From Basidiobolus meristosporus CBS 931.73 (lineage: Eukaryota; Fungi; Basidiobolomycota): a stretch of DNA of 64,000 bases. The stretch is from contig MCFE01000069.1 in the NCBI GenBank assembly GCA_002104905.1, positions 1 through 64,000 of the forward strand. Reading direction: 5' to 3'. Of the stretch, positions 13,453 to 25,524 are shown in pieces (the first letter of the stretch is position 1; every line of letters begins with the position of its first letter). The notes beneath the pieces were generated by a model. It saw nothing but the letters and a program-made list of their open reading frames with translations, ran no database searches and was not told the DNA's origin. A program made the position numbers and the translations under genes.

Positions 13453-14090
13453 CTAAAGCCAATATATGGGCTTTTCATCCGGCTTAATTGCGTCTCGTAA
13501 TTCAAAGTTAATCTCGTGTGCATCTTTAAGAGGGCTCAATTGACGATACTTCCGCCAGAATAAATAAGCACCGAAAAACTATACGTGTAGTGTTTGTGAG
13601 CTATGTGTAAGCAAAAGTGCAAAATCTTATTTACTTACATCTGTACCTAAGAGCACCAGCAAGAAAGGCATTGATACAGTAATGACGCTAACGCGACTTC
13701 AGATCTGCTCTTGGAATTTGCTTAGCAAGGTCATCAGCATGACGTTAATAAGTAGCATTAAAATCGCCTTGAGCCAACAAAACCAAGCAAGCAAGCCGAT
13801 TAGCTTGATGTTTTGTAGCCGGGCACCAATAATGCCTAAAATATAGACTAATGCTATAAGATAACAAACTCCCTCAGTGATATAGAAGATTTTCTCATTT
13901 CGAAATCCGCCGAGTTTTAGCACGATTGCAATGCAAGGCCAAGCGGTCTGTAATAGAGAAGATGATCAGCTTGTACTGATAATCGTTGAAATTCAATGCA
14001 TACTTTAGGGAGAATGACGTTGAACACTACATAAGTCCGAATAATCACATTGGGGCTACCCGTCCCAAAATCTTGGCCACTTCGATACAT
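13453..14090 (-). pseudogene. 4-TM array copy C with an in-frame TGA (13699-13701) before TM4
   Basis: Same 3-exon phase-0 layout and LGIIGARLQNIKLI. After the TGA the frame continues as hydrophobic SRVSVITVSMPFLLVLLGTD to a GTAAGT donor and exon 3 FFGAYLFWRKYRQLSP. Confidence 0.6.
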
Positions 14091-14627
14091 GGCAGTATAT
14101 CTAGTACGTAGTAACACTGTACAGTTTATATAGGTATTCGAACCTAGAAAACACTGGATGAGCCTGTCATTGGCATCAATCCATGACTAACTCTTGAATG
14201 TTGTGCTACGTAGTAACGTACATGATGCACTCAGCAAGAAAATTTCGATTTTTTACGGTCGGAATAGACTTGTATAGCTCATTACTAATAGCAAGTTAGT
14301 TCCATTTCTTGGATAGAAAATTCCAATGGCAGATGGTTTTCTCATACTCATCTGTGGTATGACTCACTACAGCGCCATAAAAAGAAAAGTGTAATCTAAG
14401 CATGCGTAGTGTTTCTGCTACTCTATTATCATTCTACCTATTTCGATAAGCATACCAACGTATATCTCCCATTACCAAAGATTCAAGACAGTCTGCTATC
14501 GTAGTCTCTTATTCTTTATCTCCCATACATATACGTGATGTTCAGGAAGGAAGGCAAGCCAAAAGGCGAGGTTGACTCAGCTCTTTGCTGGAAAATGTAG
14601 TGTTGAACAGATTGAATGTCCAGCCAG

Positions 14628-15305
14628 TTACGTGGCCTCGGCGTGTAAACCTTCAACTGGATCAATATCCAGATGGACATCAGGGTCCTCTTGCTCAAGA
14701 CTCGTATAACCATTGCCAGGGCTCAAACTACGATAATATGACCAGACCACCCAAGCAAAATAGATCTAGAGTAGACGATGAGCTTCGATGAATGTTAGTG
14801 AGTCACAGGCAATACGAACGCCTTACCTTTAATAGCGCCATACCAACCACAATTACTATTGAGAGGTAATTCTCTATGCAGTTATCTGAGAAGCACCATC
14901 TGTAGAGACGATCCACGAAAAATCTGACAACGCCAGGAATCCAAAAAATTACGTTGAATATTAAGTCAATCCAGGAGAACATAGCAAAAAGACGGACTAG
15001 CATGATATCCGTCTTCCAAGCCCCATAAGCACCAACAACACAGATGGTCATTGCGATACCATACAAACCGAAGGTGAACGAATCTATCCAATTGTAACCA
15101 CCATAATATCCGGATTTGCCAAATGCAGTGACCACATAGAATAGCCAACAAAACTGAAAGTAGTAAGGTTAGCATTGACTGCCAAAAAGAATTTAAACTA
15201 CTTGAATCAAATATGAATTCATACCGCTCCAAACAAAGCTATGAGTATAGAACCCATCTTAAGGTCTACCACAAAGCAGCAGTTTCTCAGATATCTTCGA
15301 CTCAT
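14628..15305 (-). CDS. 4-TM protein, LAPTM/DUF4728-like, array copy D; exons 15305-15225, 15153-14827, 14765-14628; ~181 aa
   Basis: MSRRYLRNCCFVVDLKMGSILIALF; VGAYGAWKTDIMLVRLF; IYFAWVVWSYYRSL; tail GNGYTSL. Canonical splice sites. Confidence 0.8.
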
Positions 15306-15997
15306 CTTGGGCGAGTAGATTGGGTGATCAAGTTGAGATCCATATCTGATTTATATAGGTCGATGTATGGATTCTAGGCCATCCAGCGTATCCCAATTGA
15401 CATCTACTCTCTCACATATTGCTCATGTGGTTCGATGGCGTATATCTCAGCCACTCGGTTCGGCTGCTTTACCGCGATATATTTTGCCTTTTGGAACTTT
15501 GTGCTCAGCATATGATCAGAGTCGTGCCATTTAGTCAAGCGATGTCCGAGTTGAAGATATGTGCATAGTTGGTAATATCACAACACCAGATAGATGTTTG
15601 TGATCAGGAATATAAGTGGAAAGTGAGATATTCACAGAAGTATATAGCAAATTCCTAACTAATAAGGGAGGTAAAGCATCAAGTTGCGGAAGTGTATGCG
15701 AGTACAAGCCAATTGTCCGCAACACAAGGATTCATTTACCAGTAGATGTCATTTTCAAGTGTTTCTATGCGATAAAAGTACAGGTAGACCACACCATTAG
15801 TTTCTGCATTTGCGTCATTCTATTCACTCGTATACTTATTAATATAAGCCTACGTACACCTGCAGAAGTTTTTATCAAGAAATAAGAGCGCATTGCTACT
15901 AAGGCCTTTCGAGGTTTACATTTATAATGCGTTTCCGTATGCCGAGGCTCAGAGGGAAAAGTTAATACAATGAGCCATATTGACTAGACTTATGTTG

Positions 15998-16690
15998 CTA
16001 GAGAATATGGGTGCTTTTCAATGGCTCCACTGAAATGGATATAGTATTATGATTTGTCCAGTTATTTGCATGGCCTCGTCTGAGATTTCCGCGGTGGTTG
16101 ACTCTAGGTGGCATCACAAGGCTCAAACTACGATAAAATGACCAGATGACACAAGTAAAATAGGTCTAGATGTGATGAGCTACTATGGACGCTAGTAAAT
16201 CACAGGAAATACAAACGTCTCACCTTTAAGAGAGCCATACCAGCCACGAATGCCACTATGCCGATTAAGCCTACATATTGAAACAAGTAGTCATATAAGC
16301 AGAGATTGGGTGAGAAAAAATTGACAATTTGGTTAAATATCAACTCAATCCAGCAAAATATAGCAAAAAGACAGATGAGGGTGTTATCTGTCTTCCAGGT
16401 TCCATAGCCTCCGAGGCTGAAGATGATTGTAGCTAAACTATGGAAACCAAGCATATAGGGAAGAAAGTCTCCTATGACACCATAGCTATGCTGTGAGATT
16501 GTGAATATTTCATAGAGTGAAGAAAGCTATAGATCATAAGAATAATAAGAATTGCATGAATGCCTGCCACTAATAATTTGAGCCGCTGGACGCAACCACG
16601 AATACAAACCGTTTTAAGTAAGGCTATGGATATAGTGGCAACCTTGAGATCTACCTCAAAGCAGCAGTTTCTCAGATACCTTCGACTCAT
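15998..16690 (-). CDS. 4-TM protein, array copy E, with an altered C-terminal tail
   Basis: MSRRYLRNCCFEVDLK; GGYGTWKTD; GMALLK|TYFTCVIWSFYRSLS. Same exon layout; the tail diverges from D after RSLS. Confidence 0.7.
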
Positions 16691-17018
16691 CTTGGGCGAG
16701 TAGATTGGGTGATCAAGTTGAGATCCATATCTGATTTATATAGGTCGATGCATGGATTCTAGATCATCCAGCGTCTCCCGATTGACATCTACTCTCTCAC
16801 ATATTGCTCATGTGGTTCGATGGCGTATATCGCAGCCACTCGGTTCGGCTGCTTTACCACGATATATTTCATCTTTGGTCAGATGCTGAGCATATGTGCA
16901 TCAATCACAAGACACCTATACGAAATTGCTCTGCGTATGGTTTGAAGGTTTTTGAAGTATGCAAGTTATTTGGGAGACAATGCTATATGCTAGCTCGACA
17001 CAGCAGACTAACACCACT

Positions 17019-17250
17019 CTGCTGGCATTCCATTGGTATTTTGCTAGTATTCAGCTGGTGTTTTTTCCTCAAATTTTCAGTTGCAATTTTTGGCTAGTCT
17101 CCTCCAGGAGAATATATCTGCAGGTGAGCCCAACAGCCAGTACCTGAGATATTAAGAGTTGTCATTTTTGAGAAACTTGGAATTCAGTTGACAGTATGAT
17201 GGTATTCTGCTGGCCTTTTCTCAGCTTTTTTTCCTAGGGATAATGCTCAT
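17019..17250 (-). repeat. Dispersed repeat homologous (inverted) to ~60545-60825; probable transposon fragment
   Basis: Reverse complement aligns by eye with 60545-60825 through GAAAAGGCCAGCA, TTCTCA..TGACAACTCT, GAGGAGAC and AACTGAA.ATTTGA.GAAAAACACCAG. Locally CpG-poor. Confidence 0.7.
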
Positions 17251-17986
17251 CTTATAAATTGTATAAACTAGTTTCTATGGGACGGGCATTCTCTGATGAG
17301 GAATAATAGTGCCTTCTAAATCTTGTCATTTGATGAAATTACATATATGCTCAAAAAACGGAAGTAGAGTAGTATGAATGACTTCTATACTTTCAACAGA
17401 ACATAAAAAGAGCCACTGTAGGCCTGATGTAGATGGTCTATAGATTTGTGCTACAATGAGGAGATTGTTGAGCAGCCTTAAATCATTAATCTCTTTTCAG
17501 AAAGAGGTGATGAGTTCTTTGCCAATAAGCAAAGTAAAATATCAAACTATGTAAATAAATGTGAATAGAAACTAAGTATTTGCTACATAATATTCTTCTA
17601 TCAGCGGTAGATTCCTATCTGAAGTACACAACTACATTAGAGGCATCATGGAACACATTGGGCCAATCATCGTACACCCTTTTGTAAAATCATTTTACCA
17701 ATCTATCGTTTGGCGCCAAATTATCTTTACATGTATCCACATCCACACCCAAACCTCTATAGATCTATATAAATGGATATATATCTATGGCCATCCCTCG
17801 CCACCTGAAGTTTACTGCCATCCAGTTGCATTCTTGACCTTCTGTAAGCAACAAGAATATCGATACGCATGCTGAGAATGGGTGGAGACCAAATAAAAGG
17901 CCATGCTAACCTGGCTTGGAGTTAGTTTATGTAGTATTGAATTAACGTCTGCATTACAGTCAATTAGTTGTGATTTGTCCAGACAA

Positions 17987-18661
17987 CTATGTAGCCTCAG
18001 TATGTGAGCCTCCAATAGGCTCTGACTCCACATGGACATCAGGATCCTCTTGCTCAAGACTCGTATAACCATTGTCAGGGCTTGATTTTCGATAATATGA
18101 CCAAACAGCCCAAGTAAAATAGATCCAGAGTAGGTGATAGGCCACGATGGATGCTAGTGAGTCACAATAAATGCAAATGCCTTACCTTTAAGAGTAATAT
18201 GCCAACAAGAATGCAAATGGGGAGTATATCCGAGCATAATATTCTATGGAATAGCATTCATAGTAACGATTTACGAAAGAATGGACAACGTGGAGAATCC
18301 AACATATAGTATTAAATGTCAGGTCAATACAGGAGAACATAGCAAAAAGACGGACTAGTTTGATATCCGTCATCCAAGCCCCGTGAGCACCAATGATACG
18401 GATGACCATTGCAACGCCATACAAACCAACTTGAACGATTCTGGCCGGTTGTAACTATCACAATATTTGGATTTGCCAGATATAGTACTGCAGAATACAA
18501 CCAGCAAAACTAAAAGTAGTAAGGTTAGCATTGACTGCCAAAAGGGATTTAAACTGCTTGAAGCAACTAGAAGCACATGCCGCTCCAAACAAAGCTATGA
18601 GTAGAGATCCCATCTTAAGGTCTACCACAAAGCAGTAGCTTCTCAAATATCTTCGACTCCT
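17987..18661 (-). pseudogene. 4-TM array copy F, pseudogene closely related to D
   Basis: Start ATG->AGG (18661-18659), donor GT->GC (18580-18579), acceptor AG->GG (18126-18125), and 1-nt indels in exon 2. Exon 3 still reads YFTWAVWSYYRKSSPDNGYTSLEQEDPDVH. Confidence 0.8.
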
Positions 18662-18984
18662 GCAAGTAGATTAGTTGATCAAGTTGAGATCCATATATGG
18701 TGTATATAGAATAATATTTAGGCATGATGTTTCAATTTACGCTATTTTCTAAACAAGTTTTTCAGAAATAACATTTTGCCACTTGTTCAGCAGCTGATTT
18801 TGTCACACCTGCGAAGATAATAATTTCCAGTATTGTGTTCAATACTGAGTTTTTTCCTCAGCCACTGATTTCACTAGCATCTTACATTAGATAACAAGTA
18901 GTCGAGCATTATAGGTTCACTTTATACACATTCTACGACCAAGCGAAATCTGTACAATACAATATATACTGAACTACATCATGG

Positions 18985-19911
18985 TCATGCGATATATTGA
19001 ACTGAGCCTCTATCCTTCTTCACTTGCTTGTTGAATGTCCTGTACTGTATAAAGACACTAATTCCAAATATCAGAAATAATACACCCAACAACATGTAAA
19101 CCTTAAGAGTAGCATAGTAGTGTTTTGTAGATTCCCCGCTTAATAGTGCGATGATGTGCTTTAGTAGTCCAACCTTGATGAAATAATCCAAGCCTACTAT
19201 GATGTTGTATGCACCACTCAAGGAGGTACTAAGAATCACAACATGATGCTCGAAAAATATCCCAAAAGCAACCCCGAAAAATGCCAGAGTGCCAATAAAA
19301 AAGCCTTGCCCCATTACGTTTTGAATTAGCAAGCCATCGGCGAAGGAAAGTATGATCATTGCTAGGACAAAGCCCCCTAGGCCTCCTATAGCCGCAACAA
19401 AAAGTAGCCCAAAAATCGTAAAGATACTTGCAACCACAAATCCACTCCCAACGCACACAAGCGTACGATGTATCTGGTTTGTTGCAAACCAATGCTGAGA
19501 GAGTAGGATTATGTAACAAACGATGGCTAAATCAAGGCCTATGATCAGCTAAGGTGCTTTTAAGGAATGAGAAGTACCAAACTCACCTCCGATCACAAAC
19601 CCGGTTGCAAACAGAGTTATTGGTAATAATTTTCTTCCAAAAATGCTGAAAAGAAGTCCAATAATTATTAAGCCAGCAGCCAATACTGCGGTGATGGGGT
19701 GAATACCCTCATCTTTTAGAGTGATATTAGTGAGGATGTTGTCTTGGGAGCATCAAGATAATTTACCTAATTGAGACACAACATTGACTGGCTCTATAGC
19801 TTGCGTTTGAGAAAGCGCTATAAGAAGTAATATGACTGTACTTCGAAAATATCGAGAGGAGTAAGGGCTTACTCTACGGAGAGAACAATCAAGACAAGTT
19901 CGGAAAATCAT
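18985..19911 (-). CDS. TM7SF3/TMEM198-family (DUF4203) multi-pass membrane protein, 3 exons
   Basis: GLLFSIFGRKLLPITLFATGF, GGLGGFVLA, ILSTSLSGAYNIIVGLDYF and GISVFIQY. Two short introns remove the stops. Confidence 0.8.
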
Positions 19912-20300
19912 GGTGTGAGTTGAAATCCCTTGGACAAGATGAAATTTTGGCTGCTCTTGCCTTAAATGTATCAGAGCCTAGCCATGTCGCGGCATTTACT
20001 CCCGTTTATGTCGGCAATCGATTAACGCATTACTCCCTACCCCTTGAGATGAGCTATACTCAACTTACGAATATTTCGCAAACTGGTTGAATCGCACTGA
20101 AATTTATTAAGTGTCAACTATTGCCGATTACATGGCTTTCTTGATCCAGGTATGTACCCAGCTCAGCAAGCCTCCAGATGACTATGGCAGCAATGGTATG
20201 ACGCAAAAATCGGCGCGGTGAACGCTTAACAGCTCCAAAAATGGACTTGTCCTGCAGCGCAGTGCAGCACTAGGAACAAAGGAGTCTGCATTGTGATCCT

Positions 20301-20825
20301 CTAGATAACTCGAGTGTTTCTATTCTTCTTTTTCTCAGGTTTTGGAGTAGATATACGGACTGGTTGGAGTTCACCTTGGTCGGTCTTCGCTGCAACTTTG
20401 GATGGCTTGGCCTCCTGCTGTCCAATCGCAACGATTTCGCGTCTGGTCAACACCATGCGGTATACGAAGTAGAGCTCGCAAAGGCACTGACAACTGCATC
20501 AGCATGGCTGATCATAACTTCTACATATACATATTACTTAAATTCACATACCATGAGCGGAGTTGAATATCCATCAAACTCTTCGTTGTAAAATGCATAT
20601 CCGCTGATTTTCATAATACGACTAACAAGAGAAGGAATGATCAAAATTGTTGCCGTACGGAGGAAATCGGGATCTCGCTACAAATTACCATAAGATTCAT
20701 GTTAATGATAAGCAGTCAATGAATGAACAGAGGGTACCCACTTTTGTTAGTCCATAGATGCCTAGGATGGGACTTAGCATGTTGAAGAAGTTGCTGAGGA
20801 AATGGATTACTCCTGCTGGTAACAT
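20301..20825 (-). CDS. Small spliced membrane protein absent from the ORF track (exons 20825-20742, 20677-20552, 20486-20301; possible extra exon from ATG 20959)
   Basis: Two phase-0 GT-AG introns give an open frame MLPAGVIHFLSNFFNMLSPILGIYGLTK|RDPDFLRTATILIIPSLVSR..STPLM|CLCELYFVYRM..KKKNRNTRVI*. Confidence 0.6.
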
Positions 20826-21479
20826 TATGGCAATTGCTAACTAGCGTTATGAAGACACAGAATGTGCACATTGGTGTCTTATATGAATTCTATCTCCACC
20901 AAGTTTTCGTGTAATGGAAAGTTTCTCCACACATGAATGGTCACGTGTTTGTGCGACATCCAATCCAATACCACCAAGAGTGTATAGAAAAGGTGTTCAA
21001 GTGGATAGCAAGATTATCAAGTGTGGAGTTTGTATCCAACACCTGTATATATTTGGAGTCCAATATAGTTACTTATGAAGTTGGAAAGTTACACAATAAC
21101 AACTTCAAGATTTCACATGGTACCAGGAATAAAAACTAATGTTTCGAAGTCAATGTATGAGCCCGAACCGCTCTCGGATATGCAAGTTTCCACTCTGCAT
21201 CGCGAGTCAAAAGGCTCAGAGATTAAACCAAGATTCTATTGCGAAATCTAGCAGAACGGCTTATCCAATATACTACTAAATACCGAGGACACACTATATC
21301 CCGAAATTGCTCAAGTTTGTGTTTCTCGATACATACAAATATGAAGACTATTTATCTGTGTCGGATATTTCAATTACATGTAGTCAATTAATAATACAAT
21401 TTAGTAAATAACAAGGATTTTTGAGTTATATGAAGGATATGCAGTTGTTCCAGATATTTTGGTTATATAATGCTTCGTC

Positions 21480-22082
21480 TTAATTCGATACAGTATACAT
21501 ACCCAGAACTGTAATCAAGCTAGATATGTATACCAAGCGATGATAGAACCCTTCTTTGAAGTTCGCTTGCGATTCCCTTTCTTCTCGAGCCTTCTCACGT
21601 TGCTTACTCCGCTCCCGCTCCTCAGCTGAGTAATGTCTTGCATAATGTTCTCTCAGGTTATACCTGGTTTTCCCAGAGTTTGGTGCAGTCTTCTTGATCG
21701 GTTTCACCTGAACTGAGGGTCTGCGCGTGCGGAATCTCACCCCCCCAGTGGTGGTTTTACGAATAGACCGGTCGTAGTCTTTTCTTGAGATTTCATTGCC
21801 CAGAACTGAATAAGCTTCATTAATACGAAGGAAGTTGGCGTGTGCTTCTTCGGAATTGATGTTCATGTCAGGGTGAAACTTCTTGGATAGTTTGTAGAAC
21901 TGGGATTTGATTGTTTTCTTGTCCGCATCTACAGGTATTTCCAATATATCGTAGTACTGCTGTTGCAGTACCGAATGGTTAGAAAAGTAACGAAGTGGGA
22001 GTTGTGAAATTGCCTGAGGTCTCTGGCTTATTTGTTTTCCACAAGCATTCAAAACTTTGAAGGTTAACGATAAAGTATGCAT
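21480..22082 (-). CDS. Mitochondrial J-domain co-chaperone with C-terminal TM (DNAJC4/DNAJC30/Jid1-like)
   Basis: YYDILEI..IKSQFYKLSKKFHPD..INEAYSVLG; presequence-like N-terminus; hydrophobic C-terminus. Confidence 0.85.
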   Translation of the reverse strand: MHTLSLTFKVLNACGKQISQRPQAISQLPLRYFSNHSVLQQQYYDILEIPVDADKKTIKSQFYKLSKKFHPDMNINSEEAHANFLRINEAYSVLGNEISRKDYDRSIRKTTTGGVRFRTRRPSVQVKPIKKTAPNSGKTRYNLREHYARHYSAEERERSKQREKAREERESQANFKEGFYHRLVYISSLITVLGMYTVSN

Positions 22083-25000
22083 GACTGTGTGCAAAGTAAG
22101 TTGAACTAAGCCTGAACTGAGCACACTTTCATATTGACCTAGTGTATCGTATTATAGCGAATCCTTGATGATGACCCACCCCACAAAGTGGCCAATTCGA
22201 GCTATACTCTGAACCCATAGGTTATTGCGGCTCAATTTCCCAATCAGCTGATAAGGATTATAATCAAAACTGCCCATCCAATGCGACACTGCGGAAATAT
22301 GGAGAGAAATTTCCCGGAAACTGAAAAATCGCATCAGCACTGCTGAGTAATTGGTGAACAATCTACTTGAAATCATGAATTTCTGCTAAAGATTGTCACC
22401 TTGCACCAAAGTGGGTGATATGGGGGCCAGGTGGAGATAGGTGCACTAGATACTGGTTGACGAGTAAATCTCTATTGATCCGAATATACCTGATTCATAT
22501 AACACTTGTGAAAGATGTGCCACTTTGATAGATTAGTAATGAATCCGGAAGATGCTGAAATGATATGGACGTCCAGAGGTGTGCTTACTGTTGGCAATAT
22601 GCTTACTAGAATCCCATAGTAATTTAGGTACCATCTGGAGTTTATCACTAGGCCAAATCCTCTTTATGGGCTAAGGAACATCTTCAAAAGGCTGGACTGG
22701 CGAACTATAGTCAGCGCTTGGTTATCATGCGGCAAGGAAATATGCTTCGGCCGCATACCTTTGTGCTTCGGGAACTTTCCATTGTATTTTGGAACAATGC
22801 CTGCGGTCATCCCAGTAGATAGTGACAGCATAGGGAATGTATCTACAAAGTATTTGGGTTTCTCGGTTTGATTGATTTACATTTCCTCAGGCCCTTTTAT
22901 TATAGCAAGAGATAACATGCCATAGAACAGCAAGATTGAACAATTTAGTTCGTACATTGCACTTCGATCCTGACAATGGAAATCCAGATGAGTGGCACCA
23001 TCCGGTATTCCAAATCCAAAAGCTGCGTGAATACTTATCCCTGCTGAACCTTAGGCTATATTGAGATTGATTTAAAATATAAGGGATTTTGGAGTATCGC
23101 TGCATTTTCGTCACACTTTTCCACATGAGTTCACTTGACGAATCTTGGGATACAACACTACATTTTTGACAGGTTGTTGTGTGAGGAGTAAGGCTCTGGA
23201 TGGTGGGGTTGTACGAAATCACAGTCCTAACGCTGTGGGAGTAAGTCGAATAAGCTTGAGGTTCTGTAACCATCAATAAAAGCAGTATTACCTACGTAAG
23301 TACACCTACCCATACTTTAGGAAAGTGGTGCTATGACTCAAAATATTCGCACTGGGTTCTATTGGTAGAGCACAAAGCAGCAAGTGTGAGGACCACCTGT
23401 GATGTTAAAGGATGGCTGCTCACTAGACTGCTAACTATCGTTACACTTAGAACAATGGGAATTAGAAGCCATCCAAAATCCTTGTTTTACTTGAGCTCGA
23501 TATATTTCCCTGTGCTTACCACAGAGTCACACTAAATGGGATTCTCTTTGTATTATACATAACATAAACCGACTCGGCTTAACCAATACTGAGCTCATTG
23601 ATCATAAAACTATGGAGCCCATCGCGATTGCTTTTCGCCTCGGAGAGTAATATAGTCGTTAACATTACCAATCTTCCGAACGAAAGAGACTACGCCTATA
23701 ATTCCATACATATATTTGGCCTAAGACAAATGGACGCATGAGTTAGCCTTGCGGATAGCCCTGAGAAAAGTCTCATATGCAAAGTTTCGTTTATAGATTA
23801 GGAACATCACTGCATGGGCTGTTTGGATGAGCTTGAAAATGCCTACGTATGTGAAACGATCATGATCCTGCATATATCACGAAGCAGTGAACTAACCACC
23901 CAGAGGGCTGACTATACCGGTTCCATTTCTTAGTGAATCGCTTCCTGTATTTATCACAAGTAAAACCTGTTGATTCTGTGTCCTTCCTAAAAATCTTCGT
24001 TCATACCGCAATTATCGGTATTAATAGCATAAAGGTGCATGTTATTGACATCATTAATCGAGCAAACCAAGCTTGACAAACAGCATTAGGGACGTGGCGG
24101 ATAGTTCCTTACTGCGAACTTTGGTACGCAGCCCGGTAGCCTGACATAGATTGCATGATATCACAGCAATGCTTGGCCTGGAATCTTCAACAAATGGGTT
24201 TGGCTGGGTTCGAATCTCTACCATGGGTGGTTAGAGTAGATCCTCAAAATCTTTCGGAACATCGCTTGGTACCTAGATAACCCACCTTTTACCTCATCAT
24301 TCATCATGCTACTTTACCTGCCATGGAATCTTGGCACGAATTATGATGCAACTCGTAGAAATCGAATGAAGCCATTAGACAGGTCAGACAGGTATCGTCA
24401 ATGATCTGAATCCCGGGATGTTGCATTTGGCTAGGAAACAAGATCATCTGTACAGATTTGTTCGCATCAACCTTAATGGCAGCCATGTGAAAGAGGAGTG
24501 TAATCCTTGAGTCTGTTGGTCAAGATTCACATTTGTTAGCGAATCGCTGAACCGTGTCATCGATCAGCAGATGACAGTGTATATGCTTTGGTCATTCGAT
24601 TAAGCTACCTTATCATGTCCATAGAAACCAATGAGGTGTGAGTTTAGCATACAGCTAAGAATCTCTGATCATTCGTTCGTTACTAAATGCTGTTGATACA
24701 GCTCGGCTCCGATCCCGTGGAAAGGCTCCGCTTCGCACTTGCAATGATGGCGCTGAGGTAAACGTGATTACATCAATCCTACTTTATCGATCTACATACC
24801 CTAACATACCGCTCACTCGTCATCCCTCTATCAGTCGGATCCCTCATCATTCCGCAAATAGTTTGGGTTGGGATCGGAGAACTAAGCTTGGTTATTATTA
24901 GATTGATATTGTTTTTTCAGTATGGTCTGAGGTTAGTGATGCTTAGTCAACCATTTCTCCATGGTTTTCAAATCCCATTTGTCCTCTAATCATAGAAATA

Positions 25001-25524
25001 TATGGCTATATTCGTATTCTACTTGCGGTATACCAAAGTACATATATCAAATATCCTGACCCAGTGGGAAGTGACATGCATTCATTGTTCCCCATGATTG
25101 GCGGATTCCAGATAGATCATTAGCCATGGCGTATTAACCACCGATTGTGGTTTTTTATAGAAATCGACTATATCATTTTGACTTAAACATGATTTTACTG
25201 ATTCTGCTTGCTGGTAACTAGATGGAGGTAGTATATAAGGTTTGTCCCTTCCCTCTGGCAACCCCATCGCACTGAACTTGCATTTGCTATTCTAGTGATC
25301 ACCATCTCCAACCCCTTATCATCCATATTCACTCTTGTGTTTAGGTAAACAAGGGACTCTCACCCAATTTCTTGAATTGCTGTTTATTAATGAACACCTT
25401 GGACCCTCTATCCTTCTGGTCTAAGCATAATTCCAAAGTTAATGGCTTCTCGAACCGCCCTAATATAAATTATTTCCACTCTCACCCACCTTCTCATCCG
25501 TATCCTCCTTTACCCTCAGCGACG

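Noticed and set aside
13699-13701. Selenocysteine recoding of the TGA in copy C
   Set aside because: No redox motif or clearly aligned Cys, and no SECIS recognised.
24131-24230. tRNA-like segment (GGTTCGAATC B-box, partial terminal pairing, CTTCAA)
   Set aside because: No D or anticodon stems and a poor T-stem; at most a decayed tRNA/SINE. tRNAscan-SE would decide.
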